DNA from: Candidatus Nitrosotenuis cloacae | GTDB taxonomy: Archaea; Thermoproteota; Nitrososphaeria; Nitrososphaerales; Nitrosopumilaceae | Assembly (NCBI RefSeq): GCF_000955905.1 | Contig: NZ_CP011097.1 | Location: 351,957 to 383,956, forward strand | DNA length: 32,000 nt | Direction: 5' to 3' | Shown here: positions 15,212-24,511 of the stretch, one piece after another | How the letters are laid out: the number at the start of each line of letters is the position of its first letter | Position numbering within the stretch: position 1 is the first letter of the stretch | Notes under the pieces: generated by a model | The model's input: only the letters and a program-made list of their open reading frames with translations | Databases searched by the model: none | Told to the model about the DNA's origin: nothing | Made by a program: the position numbers and the translations under genes

Positions 15212-15598
15212 TCATATGGCATTGATTGCAAGTTTTTTGCTGTTTGTTAGCAGACTTGCAGAGCGCACAAATACGGCCTTTACATTTTTGCATTCCACAT
15301 CACATGCTTCGTTGTTCTCAAATTCCTTGTTTCCTGAGCCTTTTGATTGGATAATCGCAGAGATTAATGGTACTAGGGCAGCTCGTCCACCAAATGCAGT
15401 TTTTCCATCAACAAACCAAAACATCTCCAGTGCACTGGAATCAAGAATTTGTCCTCGCAACTTTTCACCAAGCTCAGTGTAGTGACCAACCAACAACAAT
15501 TTTCCTCTTGCCAAAAAGTTTACTGCCTTTGCAAACTTGGTGCACAGATAGCACTGGTTATCATAAATGACAAGTGGAACCATCCTGCCCAGATCCAT
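15212..15598 (-). CDS. DCC-family thiol-disulfide oxidoreductase (DUF393)
   Basis: VIYDNQCYLCTKFA (the YD-x-x-C-x-x-C motif). ATG 15598 is preferred to the extended ORF. Confidence 0.7.
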   Translation of the reverse strand: MDLGRMVPLVIYDNQCYLCTKFAKAVNFLARGKLLLVGHYTELGEKLRGQILDSSALEMFWFVDGKTAFGGRAALVPLISAIIQSKGSGNKEFENNEACDVECKNVKAVFVRSASLLTNSKKLAINAI

Positions 15599-15716
15599 GG
15601 TACTATCACGTTGGATCGAGATTAAAGGATTGAGGGAAAATAGCTTTTTATTGAATTTGCAAGCAGCCTCAAAACATGACCGTGTCTTTACTTCCAATTA
15701 TCAAATCTGATTGAAA

Positions 15717-17384
15717 ATGGGCCTCAACTATTATCAAATTAAAAAAAATGTTAGACGGGCGCGCAAACTTGTAATTCGTGCCACCTCAAACGCAGGATCT
15801 GGCCATCCCGGTGGTTCTTTTTCCATGGCAGAGATTATGGGGTGCATATTTTTCAAATATCTCAAGTACGATCCAAAAAATCCAAACTGGGAGGATCGTG
15901 ACAAACTTGTTTTATCAAAAGGACATGCCTCTCCAGGATTGTTCTCAAACATGGCACTTGCTGGATATTTTGATCCATCAGAGCTTGATACGCTAAGAAA
16001 ATTTGGAAGCCGACTGCAGGGACATCCAGACCTCAAATGCCCCGGCGTGGAGTTTTGTGGAGGCTCACTTGGAATTGGATTGTCTTTTTCGGTTGGAAGT
16101 GCACTGGCGGCACGAATTGACGGCAAACCAACTAGAATATTTACAGTAATGGGCGATGGGGAAACCGACGAAGGCCAAGTTTGGGAGGCTGCAATGACTG
16201 GTGCAAAATACAAAGTCGATAATCTGACTGCCATTTTGGATAGGAATTTCATCCAACAGGACTCTTACACAGAAAAAGTCATGCCACTTGATGAGGAACT
16301 GGTAGGCGATGATCTATCGGAAATGTGGAAGGATGCTAGCCGATGGAAGACTGGCGACAAGTGGAGATCTTTTGGATGGAACGTAATTGACATTGACGGG
16401 CATCGTATAGAACAATTGGATCATGCAATCAAAAAGGCAACACAAACCAAGGGCGCCCCATCAATCATCGTCGCACGTACCATCAAAGGCAAGGGAGTCG
16501 AGCACATGGAGGACAATCCCAAGTGGCACGGTCAAGCCCCAAAGAAGGAATTTGTCCCAATCATAGACATGGAAATCGATTCACAGGCAATGATTGCACC
16601 ATCTATAATAGCTGGTGATATGACAAATCTGGAAAACGAGGTAAAGCGATGCACAAACGGACGTGCTGACTATATCCATCTTGATGTAATGGATGGAATG
16701 TTTGTACCGAACAAGACATTTGATCACAACAAAATTCGCGAGCTCAGACCATTAACTGTAATACCATTTGATACTCATCTGATGATAAACGAGCCGGTAA
16801 AGTATGTCAAAGACTATGTTGATGCGGGCTCTGATATCATAACCGTCCATGCCGAAGTATGTGATGCGTCCAGCTTCGGTCAAATTCATGATATACTAAA
16901 GGCAAATCAGGTAGGAGTTGGTCTTGCAATAAATCCAGACACAAATCTACCAGAATGGGCAATTCCATTTATTCCAAAATTAGACCAGATGATTGTAATG
17001 TCTGTAGTTCCTGGCAAGTCTGGCCAAAAATACATCGAGTCTACACACGAAAAAACACAACAACTAATCTCAACACTAAACCAGAATGGATTTGATGGAT
17101 ACATCGAAGCAGACGGTGGCGTCACACTTGATAATATTGGATTGTGCTTTGCAGATGGGGCACGAGCCTTTGTTGGCGGAAGCGCCATAATAGGACAGCA
17201 AGACGTGCGTGGAGTCATTCGTGAATTTAGGAACAAAATTGCACATGCCAGACGCAAGGGATTGCTCCAAAAGGCGCACGATCTTGGAGGAAACGAACTT
17301 GTGGCAAAGTGGATTGATCTGCATACTATAGGCGAGAAAAGGAATCACCTTACCGCAATAGCAAGGGAGCTTGGATACACATGA
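15717..17384 (+). CDS. Fusion protein: transketolase N-terminal (TPP-binding) subunit + ribulose-phosphate 3-epimerase
   Basis: N-terminal half: SGHPGGSFSMAEI, LSKGHASPG, GSLGIGLS, GDGETDEGQVWEA. From about residue 295: IAPSIIAGDMTNLENEV...ADYIHLDVMDGMFVPN...DTHLMI...ITVHAE...EADGGV (Rpe). It is a single uninterrupted frame. Confidence 0.85.
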   Translation: MGLNYYQIKKNVRRARKLVIRATSNAGSGHPGGSFSMAEIMGCIFFKYLKYDPKNPNWEDRDKLVLSKGHASPGLFSNMALAGYFDPSELDTLRKFGSRLQGHPDLKCPGVEFCGGSLGIGLSFSVGSALAARIDGKPTRIFTVMGDGETDEGQVWEAAMTGAKYKVDNLTAILDRNFIQQDSYTEKVMPLDEELVGDDLSEMWKDASRWKTGDKWRSFGWNVIDIDGHRIEQLDHAIKKATQTKGAPSIIVARTIKGKGVEHMEDNPKWHGQAPKKEFVPIIDMEIDSQAMIAPSIIAGDMTNLENEVKRCTNGRADYIHLDVMDGMFVPNKTFDHNKIRELRPLTVIPFDTHLMINEPVKYVKDYVDAGSDIITVHAEVCDASSFGQIHDILKANQVGVGLAINPDTNLPEWAIPFIPKLDQMIVMSVVPGKSGQKYIESTHEKTQQLISTLNQNGFDGYIEADGGVTLDNIGLCFADGARAFVGGSAIIGQQDVRGVIREFRNKIAHARRKGLLQKAHDLGGNELVAKWIDLHTIGEKRNHLTAIARELGYT

Positions 17385-18352
17385 TTGGGGACATGACTGA
17401 TATGCGAACCGTCTATGGCAAGGCACTCGTCGAACTTGGAGAGCAAAACCCAAACGTCGTAGTTTTGGGTGCTGACACTACTGATTCACTAAAGACTGCG
17501 GATTTTGGGAAAAAATTCCCAAATCGATTCTTCAATGTCGGAATAGCCGAGGCAAACCTGGTATCAGTTGCTGCAGGATTGGCAATATCTGGCAAGACTG
17601 CATTTGCAAGCACATATGCAATATTTCTTCCCGGAAGATGCGTTGATCAGATCCGAAATGCAATTGCATATCCATCACCTGGAGACAAAAAGGGCCTAAA
17701 TGTCAAACTGGTTGTTTCTCATGGCGGAATATCTGTAGGTGCAGACGGCGGATCGCACCAGCAAATAGAAGACATTGCAATAATGCGAGTCATCCCAAAC
17801 ATGACGGTACTCATACCAGCAGACACTGTGGCGGTTTCAAAGCTTACCTGGATCATGTCGCAACGATATGGCCCGCACTATATGCGATTGACAAGGTCTG
17901 TGTCACCAATAGTTCACCAAGACTCACAAGAATTCACAATAGGAAAAGGTATTACACTGAGGGAGGGGACAGACTGTACACTGGCAGCATGTGGTCTTAC
18001 CGTAAAGATGGCACTTGATGCAGCTGATTCTCTAAAACAAGAGGGAATATCTTGTAAGGTGCTAGACATGTTTTCAGTAAAGCCAATTGATTCTGAATTA
18101 CTGGAAAAGTCTGCAAGAGAAACTGGCTGTATAGTAACATGTGAGGAGCACAACATAATGGGAGGATTTGGCTCTGCAGCATCTGAGGTGATATCAGAAT
18201 TATACCCAGTTCCAATCAAGCGCATTGGTGTCAATGACAGATTTGGCGAGTCTGCGCGTGATGCAGAGATTCCACTGCTTTTGGAAAAACATGGTATAAC
18301 ATCACTTAATATAGCAAAAGCAGTCAAAGAGATCATAGGTAAGAAAAAATGA
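17381..18352 (+). CDS. Transketolase C-terminal (pyrimidine-binding) subunit
   Basis: FFNVGIAEANLVSVAAGLA...HGGISVGADGGSHQ...EEHNIMGGFGS. There are ATGA overlaps with both neighbours. Confidence 0.9.
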   Translation: MIGDMTDMRTVYGKALVELGEQNPNVVVLGADTTDSLKTADFGKKFPNRFFNVGIAEANLVSVAAGLAISGKTAFASTYAIFLPGRCVDQIRNAIAYPSPGDKKGLNVKLVVSHGGISVGADGGSHQQIEDIAIMRVIPNMTVLIPADTVAVSKLTWIMSQRYGPHYMRLTRSVSPIVHQDSQEFTIGKGITLREGTDCTLAACGLTVKMALDAADSLKQEGISCKVLDMFSVKPIDSELLEKSARETGCIVTCEEHNIMGGFGSAASEVISELYPVPIKRIGVNDRFGESARDAEIPLLLEKHGITSLNIAKAVKEIIGKKK

Positions 18353-19002
18353 AGATCTTCCTTGATACTGCAAACTTACAATCCATAAAATCATACAATG
18401 ACATGGGATTATTGGATGGCATAACTACCAATCCATCACTACTTGCAAAGGAAGGTGGTGATCCGCTCAAGGCAATGGAGGAGATTACCAAAATCATCAA
18501 AGGTGATGTAAGCTTGGAAGTTGTTGCGACCGATTATACGGGAATGATGGATGAGGGACATAGACTCAAAAAGTATGGCGCAAATGTTGTAATCAAAGTA
18601 CCAATGACTGCAGATGGCCTCAAGGCATGCAAGAGCTTCTCATCGGAGGGAATTCCAGTTAATGTTACTCTGGTGTTCTCGCCAAATCAGGCAATTCTGG
18701 CTGCAAAGGCTGGTGCAAAATATGTCAGCCCATTCATTGGAAGACTGGATGATGTTGGCCAAGATGGAATGGGATTGATTGCAGAAATAAAACAGATATT
18801 TCAAAATTACAATTTCAAGACACAAATTCTGGTAGCTAGTGTTCGACACCCAATGCATGTAGTAGAGGCAGCAAAGATTGGAGCCGATGTAGTGACACTA
18901 CCGCCGGATGTTTTGGGCAAAATGCTCAAGCATCCGCTTACCGATAATGGACTCAAGGCATTTTTGGCAGACTGGGAAAAGCTAAAGCAGAGCCAGAAAT
19001 AA
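18349..19002 (+). CDS. tal: Transaldolase (short type 3B / fructose-6-phosphate aldolase family)
   Basis: MKIFLDTANL...GITTNPSL...VVIKVPMT (Schiff-base Lys)...VNVTLVFS...SPFIGRLDD. Confidence 0.9.
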   Translation: MKIFLDTANLQSIKSYNDMGLLDGITTNPSLLAKEGGDPLKAMEEITKIIKGDVSLEVVATDYTGMMDEGHRLKKYGANVVIKVPMTADGLKACKSFSSEGIPVNVTLVFSPNQAILAAKAGAKYVSPFIGRLDDVGQDGMGLIAEIKQIFQNYNFKTQILVASVRHPMHVVEAAKIGADVVTLPPDVLGKMLKHPLTDNGLKAFLADWEKLKQSQK

Positions 19003-19041
19003 TTTACAACTCCTTAAAAACCACGAAAATCATATCAAATC

Positions 19042-19293
19042 ATGGATGATGAAGCTCGCAACTTTCAGATCATGCAGGTCTCTGAGCTACTAATCCAAGA
19101 CAAAATCTCGTTAAATGAGCAGGACCCTGCCAAACTACAAAAATACTATGACTATGCGCAAAAAGAGTTTAGCCTTTCTGGGGATGACTCGGTAGATCTA
19201 GTAAATGAGACATTTTTGTATCTGACCATAAAAAATGCCAAAGATATTGATCCCCTTCAAGATGGAGACAAATTTGGTGCAGGCTTTAGCTAG
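19042..19293 (+). CDS. Small acidic hypothetical protein (83 aa)
   Basis: ATG-initiated ORF filling the gap after tal. No recognisable motif. Its stop abuts the stop of the convergent TBP gene with 0 nt between them. Confidence 0.35.
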   Translation: MDDEARNFQIMQVSELLIQDKISLNEQDPAKLQKYYDYAQKEFSLSGDDSVDLVNETFLYLTIKNAKDIDPLQDGDKFGAGFS

Positions 19294-19857
19294 TTATTGG
19301 TCGTAGATCATCAGTTTCTTTTCTTCTAATAATGAGTGTAGATTGTTGACTGAGCGATACACGTCTGCTTCCTTTTTTGCGCCTGTGCAGACAAGCTTGC
19401 CTGATGCAAATAACAGAATCACAGTCTTTGGGTCCAGCATTCTGTGTATCAATCCTGGGAATTGCTCTGGCTCGTACATGCTTCGTGGTAAGGTCCTTGC
19501 TGCATGCTCTAGGTGAATCTTACCACCTAGGTTTATTGCCGCAACAATGTTTTGCACAACAATTTCTGCATCATTTTTTATTTTGATTCCACCTTTTCGC
19601 AGTCTTTCTACTACTGTTTGTACTGCTTTTACTGCCATCTCCTCTGATTTTGCACCGGTACAAACCATCTTACCAGTTCGGAAAATCAGAGTAGCGGTAC
19701 GCGGTGTCTTTAATCGAAATACTAATCCTGGAAACTGGTCTGGATGATATTCAGTGTCTGGGAATTTTTTTGTGACCTCATTTAGATCTATTTTCTGATC
19801 AACTGAAGCAGAAGCAACTACATTTTCAACTGATACAATTGGCTTTGTTTGTGGCAT
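19294..19857 (-). CDS. tbp: TATA-box binding protein, paralogue 2
   Basis: 187 aa, collinear with copy 1 (MPQTKPIVSVENVVASASVDQKIDLNEV...). The C-terminal repeat is nearly identical to copy 1. Confidence 0.95.
   Translation of the reverse strand: MPQTKPIVSVENVVASASVDQKIDLNEVTKKFPDTEYHPDQFPGLVFRLKTPRTATLIFRTGKMVCTGAKSEEMAVKAVQTVVERLRKGGIKIKNDAEIVVQNIVAAINLGGKIHLEHAARTLPRSMYEPEQFPGLIHRMLDPKTVILLFASGKLVCTGAKKEADVYRSVNNLHSLLEEKKLMIYDQ
19355..19503 (-). repeat. High-identity tract shared with TBP copy 1 (inverted; partner 6128-6276)
   Basis: See 6128-6276. Confidence 0.85.
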
Positions 19858-19880
19858 TCGTGCTTTTTTAAATACCCGCT

Positions 19881-19889
19881 TTATATATA
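19881..19889 (-). promoter_or_regulatory. TATA box (TATATATAA on the minus strand) of TBP copy 2
   Basis: Centred about 27 nt upstream of ATG 19857. It is preceded by CAC, as in copy 1. Confidence 0.5.
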
Positions 19890-19899
19890 GTGTAACTGG

Positions 19900-20370
19900 C
19901 TAGTGGTGGTTTATCCACTGAGTACGATATTCCTCATCAAATATCTCTGATGTCAGATCGTCATCTTTGATCTCTGTACTGGAAAGATCGACATCAAAAA
20001 ATCCTAATTTGCCTTTGGCAGGAATCGGCAGCTTGAATTCTTTTGGACTTTTTAGCAAAAAACCAAATGTTTTACTCGAAAAATAATCATCGCTTGCAAA
20101 ATGATGTTTTTTGTCTATCCCTAGTTCTTTTTTGGTTTGGTATTTTTTGGTATCAAATATTGTGGCCTTGCCAACAATAACTCCAGTAGGTAATACACTG
20201 GGATCGATTCCAAGCCGTTTGCAGTCTTTTGTTTTGATCTTTGTAGGGGAATGAATCAGAAACTCACCGCGATAGTTTGTGTTCCAGTGTCTTAGCTCGA
20301 TTGTCTTTTTGCCTTTTATGATAAGATCAGCAAATGGCTGGGAAACTGATAGACACTTGAAGGTGCTCAA
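19900..20370 (-). CDS. ASCH (PUA-like) domain protein
   Basis: LSVSQPFADLIIKGKKTIELRHW...GEFLIHS fits the ASCH N-terminal pattern. The only start available is TTG 20370, directly abutting the upstream TAA. Confidence 0.65.
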   Translation of the reverse strand: MSTFKCLSVSQPFADLIIKGKKTIELRHWNTNYRGEFLIHSPTKIKTKDCKRLGIDPSVLPTGVIVGKATIFDTKKYQTKKELGIDKKHHFASDDYFSSKTFGFLLKSPKEFKLPIPAKGKLGFFDVDLSSTEIKDDDLTSEIFDEEYRTQWINHH

Positions 20371-21771
20371 TTACATTCTGATGCTGCATCTGTTTGGACC
20401 CATCTCTAAATCTGGAATCTGCATTGGAGGGACTGGGATTACACCTTTGTTGATTTTTATGATCATTGAATAGTTCATTGGTCTTGGGGTTGTGATGCTG
20501 ACTACCTTTGATACAAATTCTGCCTGACCTAAATCTAATAATGGAAGCTTCTTTGCATTTTGCACTGTGGTGTAGAATATTCCGTCCTTTGTTGGGATAA
20601 CCCCTTCACCATGATGAGTTGGAAATATCTTGACATCGTCTCCGAATTTTAGTAATTTGTTGTGTAGGGTATCATACAGCTTTGCAGCAAATTCTTCTGC
20701 TTGGTCTCTAAGGTCTGGTCGACCAATTCCCTCTACGAACAAAATATCGCCTGAGAAGACATACTTGTCATTCAGCACAAACGACATGCTGCCTGGCGTG
20801 TGGCCAGGTGTGTGTATTGCCTTGAGTTGTTTTGAGCCAAACGATATGGTATCACCATCAACCGTTTGCTGTGATTCAAGCTTGTATTCTTCCAGTTTTG
20901 ATAGGTATAGTTTTGCGCCTGTCATTTGTGATAGATCCTTTGCAGCAGAGACATGGTCTGCGTGCTGATGTGTATCAATTACACATGTGATCTTGAGGCC
21001 TTCCTTTTGTGCAAATTCTATGTATTTTGATGGGGGGTATGTTGGATCAATTACGACTGCTTCTCCATTTGATCCTATGATGTGTGATAGGCAACCCTTT
21101 CCAATTTTTTCTACCTGAATTATCGTGGTGTCATTTTCTTTTAGTGTTATAGCACTTAGCACTTGGTTCCATAATGACATTCCACCAACAAGAGATGTTG
21201 ATTCCAGTCCGTTCTGTGCCAGCGCAAATGTTGCAACCATGGAGCGATTCCCATGAGAGCATATTGTGACAATTTTTTTGTCCTTTGGCAGATGTGTTTG
21301 CGATCCTGGCATAAATAATTGTGATAGTGGAATGTTTACTGCACCTGGAATCTTAAACTCGGCAAACTCTGAGGGCTCTCGCACATCCAACAAAAACACA
21401 TTGTTGTCTTTTTTGATTGAATCCCACAGGTTATCGCCGCTAATTATGGTATCTTGGGTGCTTTTGATCGTCTCGCCTTGCCATGACTTTATTCCGTCCT
21501 TGAGATAATGAGCATCAAAGCCAAAGCGAGCCATCATGGTGGCATTTTGCTTTGCCTCCGTGCCATCTTCATCAACTAGTATGATCTTCATGCTTGGTGG
21601 AAGCTTTGACATTATGATCTGTTTTTGCTGCATGGAGTTGCACACTGCGTTTGCAGCGCCTGCAATGTGACCATTCATGTAATTTTCCTTTGCTCTAATG
21701 TCTAGAATTATGGTGTTTGATTTGGCTTGTAAAATCTGGGATAACTCTTCTGGTGTGATCTCTATGTTCAT
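20371..21771 (-). CDS. Rhodanese-rhodanese-metallo-beta-lactamase fusion (ETHE1/persulfide-dioxygenase-like)
   Basis: The first rhodanese domain has no active-site Cys. The second has the CSHGNRS loop. The MBL domain has VIDTHQHADH and IHTPGHTPGS. Confidence 0.8.
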   Translation of the reverse strand: MNIEITPEELSQILQAKSNTIILDIRAKENYMNGHIAGAANAVCNSMQQKQIIMSKLPPSMKIILVDEDGTEAKQNATMMARFGFDAHYLKDGIKSWQGETIKSTQDTIISGDNLWDSIKKDNNVFLLDVREPSEFAEFKIPGAVNIPLSQLFMPGSQTHLPKDKKIVTICSHGNRSMVATFALAQNGLESTSLVGGMSLWNQVLSAITLKENDTTIIQVEKIGKGCLSHIIGSNGEAVVIDPTYPPSKYIEFAQKEGLKITCVIDTHQHADHVSAAKDLSQMTGAKLYLSKLEEYKLESQQTVDGDTISFGSKQLKAIHTPGHTPGSMSFVLNDKYVFSGDILFVEGIGRPDLRDQAEEFAAKLYDTLHNKLLKFGDDVKIFPTHHGEGVIPTKDGIFYTTVQNAKKLPLLDLGQAEFVSKVVSITTPRPMNYSMIIKINKGVIPVPPMQIPDLEMGPNRCSIRM

Positions 21772-21818
21772 GTAATTGCGCTCAATCTGATGCCAAATTT
21801 AGAATTTGCTGTTTTGAT

Positions 21819-22823
21819 CTATTGTTGGGCTTTTGGTATTTTCATGGTAAACCTTGTAGGGTTGTTTTCTGCTTGAATGGTACCATTGTGTTCTTCCTCG
21901 ATTATTCTTTTACATGTGGATAGTCCTAGTCCGGTTCCATCCTTTTTTGTAGTGAATAATGGATCAAATATTTTCGGCAAAACTTCTAGTGGAATTCCAG
22001 GACCGCTATCGCTTATCTGAATTATTGCATCATTGTCTTTTTCCAAGATCTGTACTGTGATGGTTCCGCCTTTTTCCAATGCCTGAGTTGAATTTGCAAT
22101 TATATTGGTAAATACTCTTTGCAGCTTTGTTGCATCACACTCAATGGTAAGATCATTTGATGGCAGCTCGATTGTGACATTGTCTGGCTTGTTGATGTAA
22201 CCTATTGAATCGTTTAGAATCTTTAGGATGTTATTATTCTCAAATGCTGTGGGAGTTTCCCTTATGAAATTCAAAATGTCATTGATGTGATTTGTAATTC
22301 CATTAACTGCATGTTCCATTCGCTCAAGCGAGTTGAGCAGTGTCGAGTCTTCCTCCTTTGAGTGTCGTAATTTTAGCAGATCAACTTGGACTTTGATTAC
22401 TGTTAATGGGTTTTTGATGTCATGAACCATTTTTGATGACATCTCACCTACTACGGTGAATTTGTTTGCCTTTCTGTCCAGATGTGTCTGAAGTAGACCT
22501 TGTTTTTCCCTGAGCAGTTTCTTTGCTGCATCCAATGTTTCTGAGCGTTTGCGGATGAGATTTTGGATGTTGCTCAGCTCCTTTTTCTCTTCTTCTATAA
22601 TGTTAGTTATCATCGAATACTTGTCTTCATTTTGAGATTTTGTATTGGAAATATCGTCAGTTCCATTAGCTATTTTCTCAAATTCGCTTTTTTGGCTTGA
22701 CTCTGCTTTTTGAGTCTCCACTTCGGTTTCGGCATTTTGGCCAGGTGCCTTTGAGAAAAAGATCATTCTTCCATTATTGGTTGAATTTTCATTTGGGTCT
22801 TTTTTCTGGATGAATCTGGTCAA
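21819..22823 (-). CDS. Soluble histidine kinase (coiled-coil + HisKA + HATPase_c), no TM or receiver domain
   Basis: H-box MVHDIKNPLTVI, N-box VFTNIIANSTQAL, G1 DSGPGIP, F/G2 FDPLFTTK...GTGLGLSTCKRII. The start is ambiguous (TTG 22823 or ATG 22766). Confidence 0.85.
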   Translation of the reverse strand: MTRFIQKKDPNENSTNNGRMIFFSKAPGQNAETEVETQKAESSQKSEFEKIANGTDDISNTKSQNEDKYSMITNIIEEEKKELSNIQNLIRKRSETLDAAKKLLREKQGLLQTHLDRKANKFTVVGEMSSKMVHDIKNPLTVIKVQVDLLKLRHSKEEDSTLLNSLERMEHAVNGITNHINDILNFIRETPTAFENNNILKILNDSIGYINKPDNVTIELPSNDLTIECDATKLQRVFTNIIANSTQALEKGGTITVQILEKDNDAIIQISDSGPGIPLEVLPKIFDPLFTTKKDGTGLGLSTCKRIIEEEHNGTIQAENNPTRFTMKIPKAQQ

Positions 22824-22945
22824 TGAGATATCTGATTTTGAGATTTAATATCGAATAATGTGTTCAAATAAATGAGCTCGCTTATGTCTGCGCTACATAA
22901 TGTGGAATTGTTTTAATTTGCAATATTTGCAAATCTGGGTTTTGT

Positions 22946-24511
22946 TTAACTAGTTTCTAAAACAGCCAAAACTCTGTTTGGAATGTCCTTTAGTCTTGAG
23001 ACTGCCAATGTTTTTTCATATCCCAAATATCGAAGATTGTTTGCTATTGTGGTTGCACTAAATGTGTCATGACCAACACCAATTGCCACCATCTTGATTC
23101 CGAGTGTTTTGAGTGATTTTACCATGGCACGAACTGCATCGGGATCTGATGGCTCTCCATCAGATAGTGTCAGAAAAATATCGGGCTTTTTTGATTTCAA
23201 AACAGAATACATTTTTTGATACACATCCGCAAGCGGTGTTCCCCCATTTGCCTCGATTTGCGCCAGTCTTTTTGCAGATGCATTATTCCATTTTACGTCT
23301 TCTGGCTTTACCATCCAGCATACTACTTGTTTTTGTGTTGTGTTGAAAGCAAAGACAGAGAACTTAATCTTCAAAAACGACAAGACCTCGCACAATGCAA
23401 GTGTTGCCTTTTTGTATTGTACCTGTTGGTCTGTTATGCTTGATGAATGATCCAACAATATGACTATTTTTGATTTGATTGATTTTTTCACATCTGTTAC
23501 AAACGGCTTGTAGCCCTCAATGTAGGACTCTGCATCAAATTCCTCACCAGATATGACGTGTTGTTCTTTCCAGCTGGTCTTCCACTCTTTGAATTTTGTC
23601 TTGAGATTGCTGATTAGGTCCTGATCATAGATTTTGGTCTCATCAACATTTGTGGAGCCTGGTACTTGGATTCCAATGGATTCACTTCCGAGGCCCTTGT
23701 TTTCGTTTTTCTTGTTTTCTTCTTTTATCACCTTGAATTCCTCGGCAATGTCTTTGCCAGATAAAATATTATCAATGTCTATTTTCCCGAAGTCTGCTTC
23801 CTTGTTTTGTGCAATTTTCTGCAATGCCTTTGCAAAGTCTTGAGGTGTGATCATCAATCCGGGACCCTTCCATGGCACAGCAAGCGGAACCGTTGTTAGT
23901 GCATCAATGTTTAGAATACTCAGAATCTCGGGAATTTTTTTCTCCAGCCATTCAGTATCGTATTTTTTTTCTATTGTTTCTACTATGATCTCTTTTGCAC
24001 GCACTGATGCCATTGCGACTCGTTCCGCAAAGCTTGGCTGCAATTCCCCCTTGATATCACCTAACAGAAATTTTTGGTAAAACGCCTCTACAATTCTTGA
24101 TTTTCCCAAAATATTTCCGAGCTGAGGCCTATACAACCACGCATAGGTATAGTTGAAGATCAACTCTTCATCCATTCCGCGCCAAACTTTTCGCCCTAGT
24201 AACTCAACGCGTCGTGTCTCTAATGTGTTTAGAATAAAGCCAAAAGCATGGTCATTTGAGAGAATTTTTTTGCAAAACTTGATTCGCATTGACTCATACC
24301 AAATAGAAACGCGGAACTGCCTGTATTTTTCAAAGTCAGTACCAGCATATTTTTCGGGCGACACTAAGCTAATCTTGTTTTCTTTTAGTTTGGTTGTGTT
24401 TTCCTTTTTGTCTGAAAACTCTACAATTACTTTTTCCTTCTCAGACCACCTTCTCGCCAAAAACGTGGCAATCTCTACTAGTGTGTCGTTTCTGAGCTGC
24501 AGTGATTGCAT
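22946..24511 (-). CDS. VWA-domain protein (NorD/CbbO/CobT-like partner of an AAA+ ATPase) with an unassigned ~330-aa N-terminal region
   Basis: C-terminal VWA domain with MIDAS residues (ILLDHSSSI ... ANGGTPLADV ... LTLSDGEPSD). The ATG shares one base with the TAA of the upstream AAA+ gene. Confidence 0.75.
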   Translation of the reverse strand: MQSLQLRNDTLVEIATFLARRWSEKEKVIVEFSDKKENTTKLKENKISLVSPEKYAGTDFEKYRQFRVSIWYESMRIKFCKKILSNDHAFGFILNTLETRRVELLGRKVWRGMDEELIFNYTYAWLYRPQLGNILGKSRIVEAFYQKFLLGDIKGELQPSFAERVAMASVRAKEIIVETIEKKYDTEWLEKKIPEILSILNIDALTTVPLAVPWKGPGLMITPQDFAKALQKIAQNKEADFGKIDIDNILSGKDIAEEFKVIKEENKKNENKGLGSESIGIQVPGSTNVDETKIYDQDLISNLKTKFKEWKTSWKEQHVISGEEFDAESYIEGYKPFVTDVKKSIKSKIVILLDHSSSITDQQVQYKKATLALCEVLSFLKIKFSVFAFNTTQKQVVCWMVKPEDVKWNNASAKRLAQIEANGGTPLADVYQKMYSVLKSKKPDIFLTLSDGEPSDPDAVRAMVKSLKTLGIKMVAIGVGHDTFSATTIANNLRYLGYEKTLAVSRLKDIPNRVLAVLETS

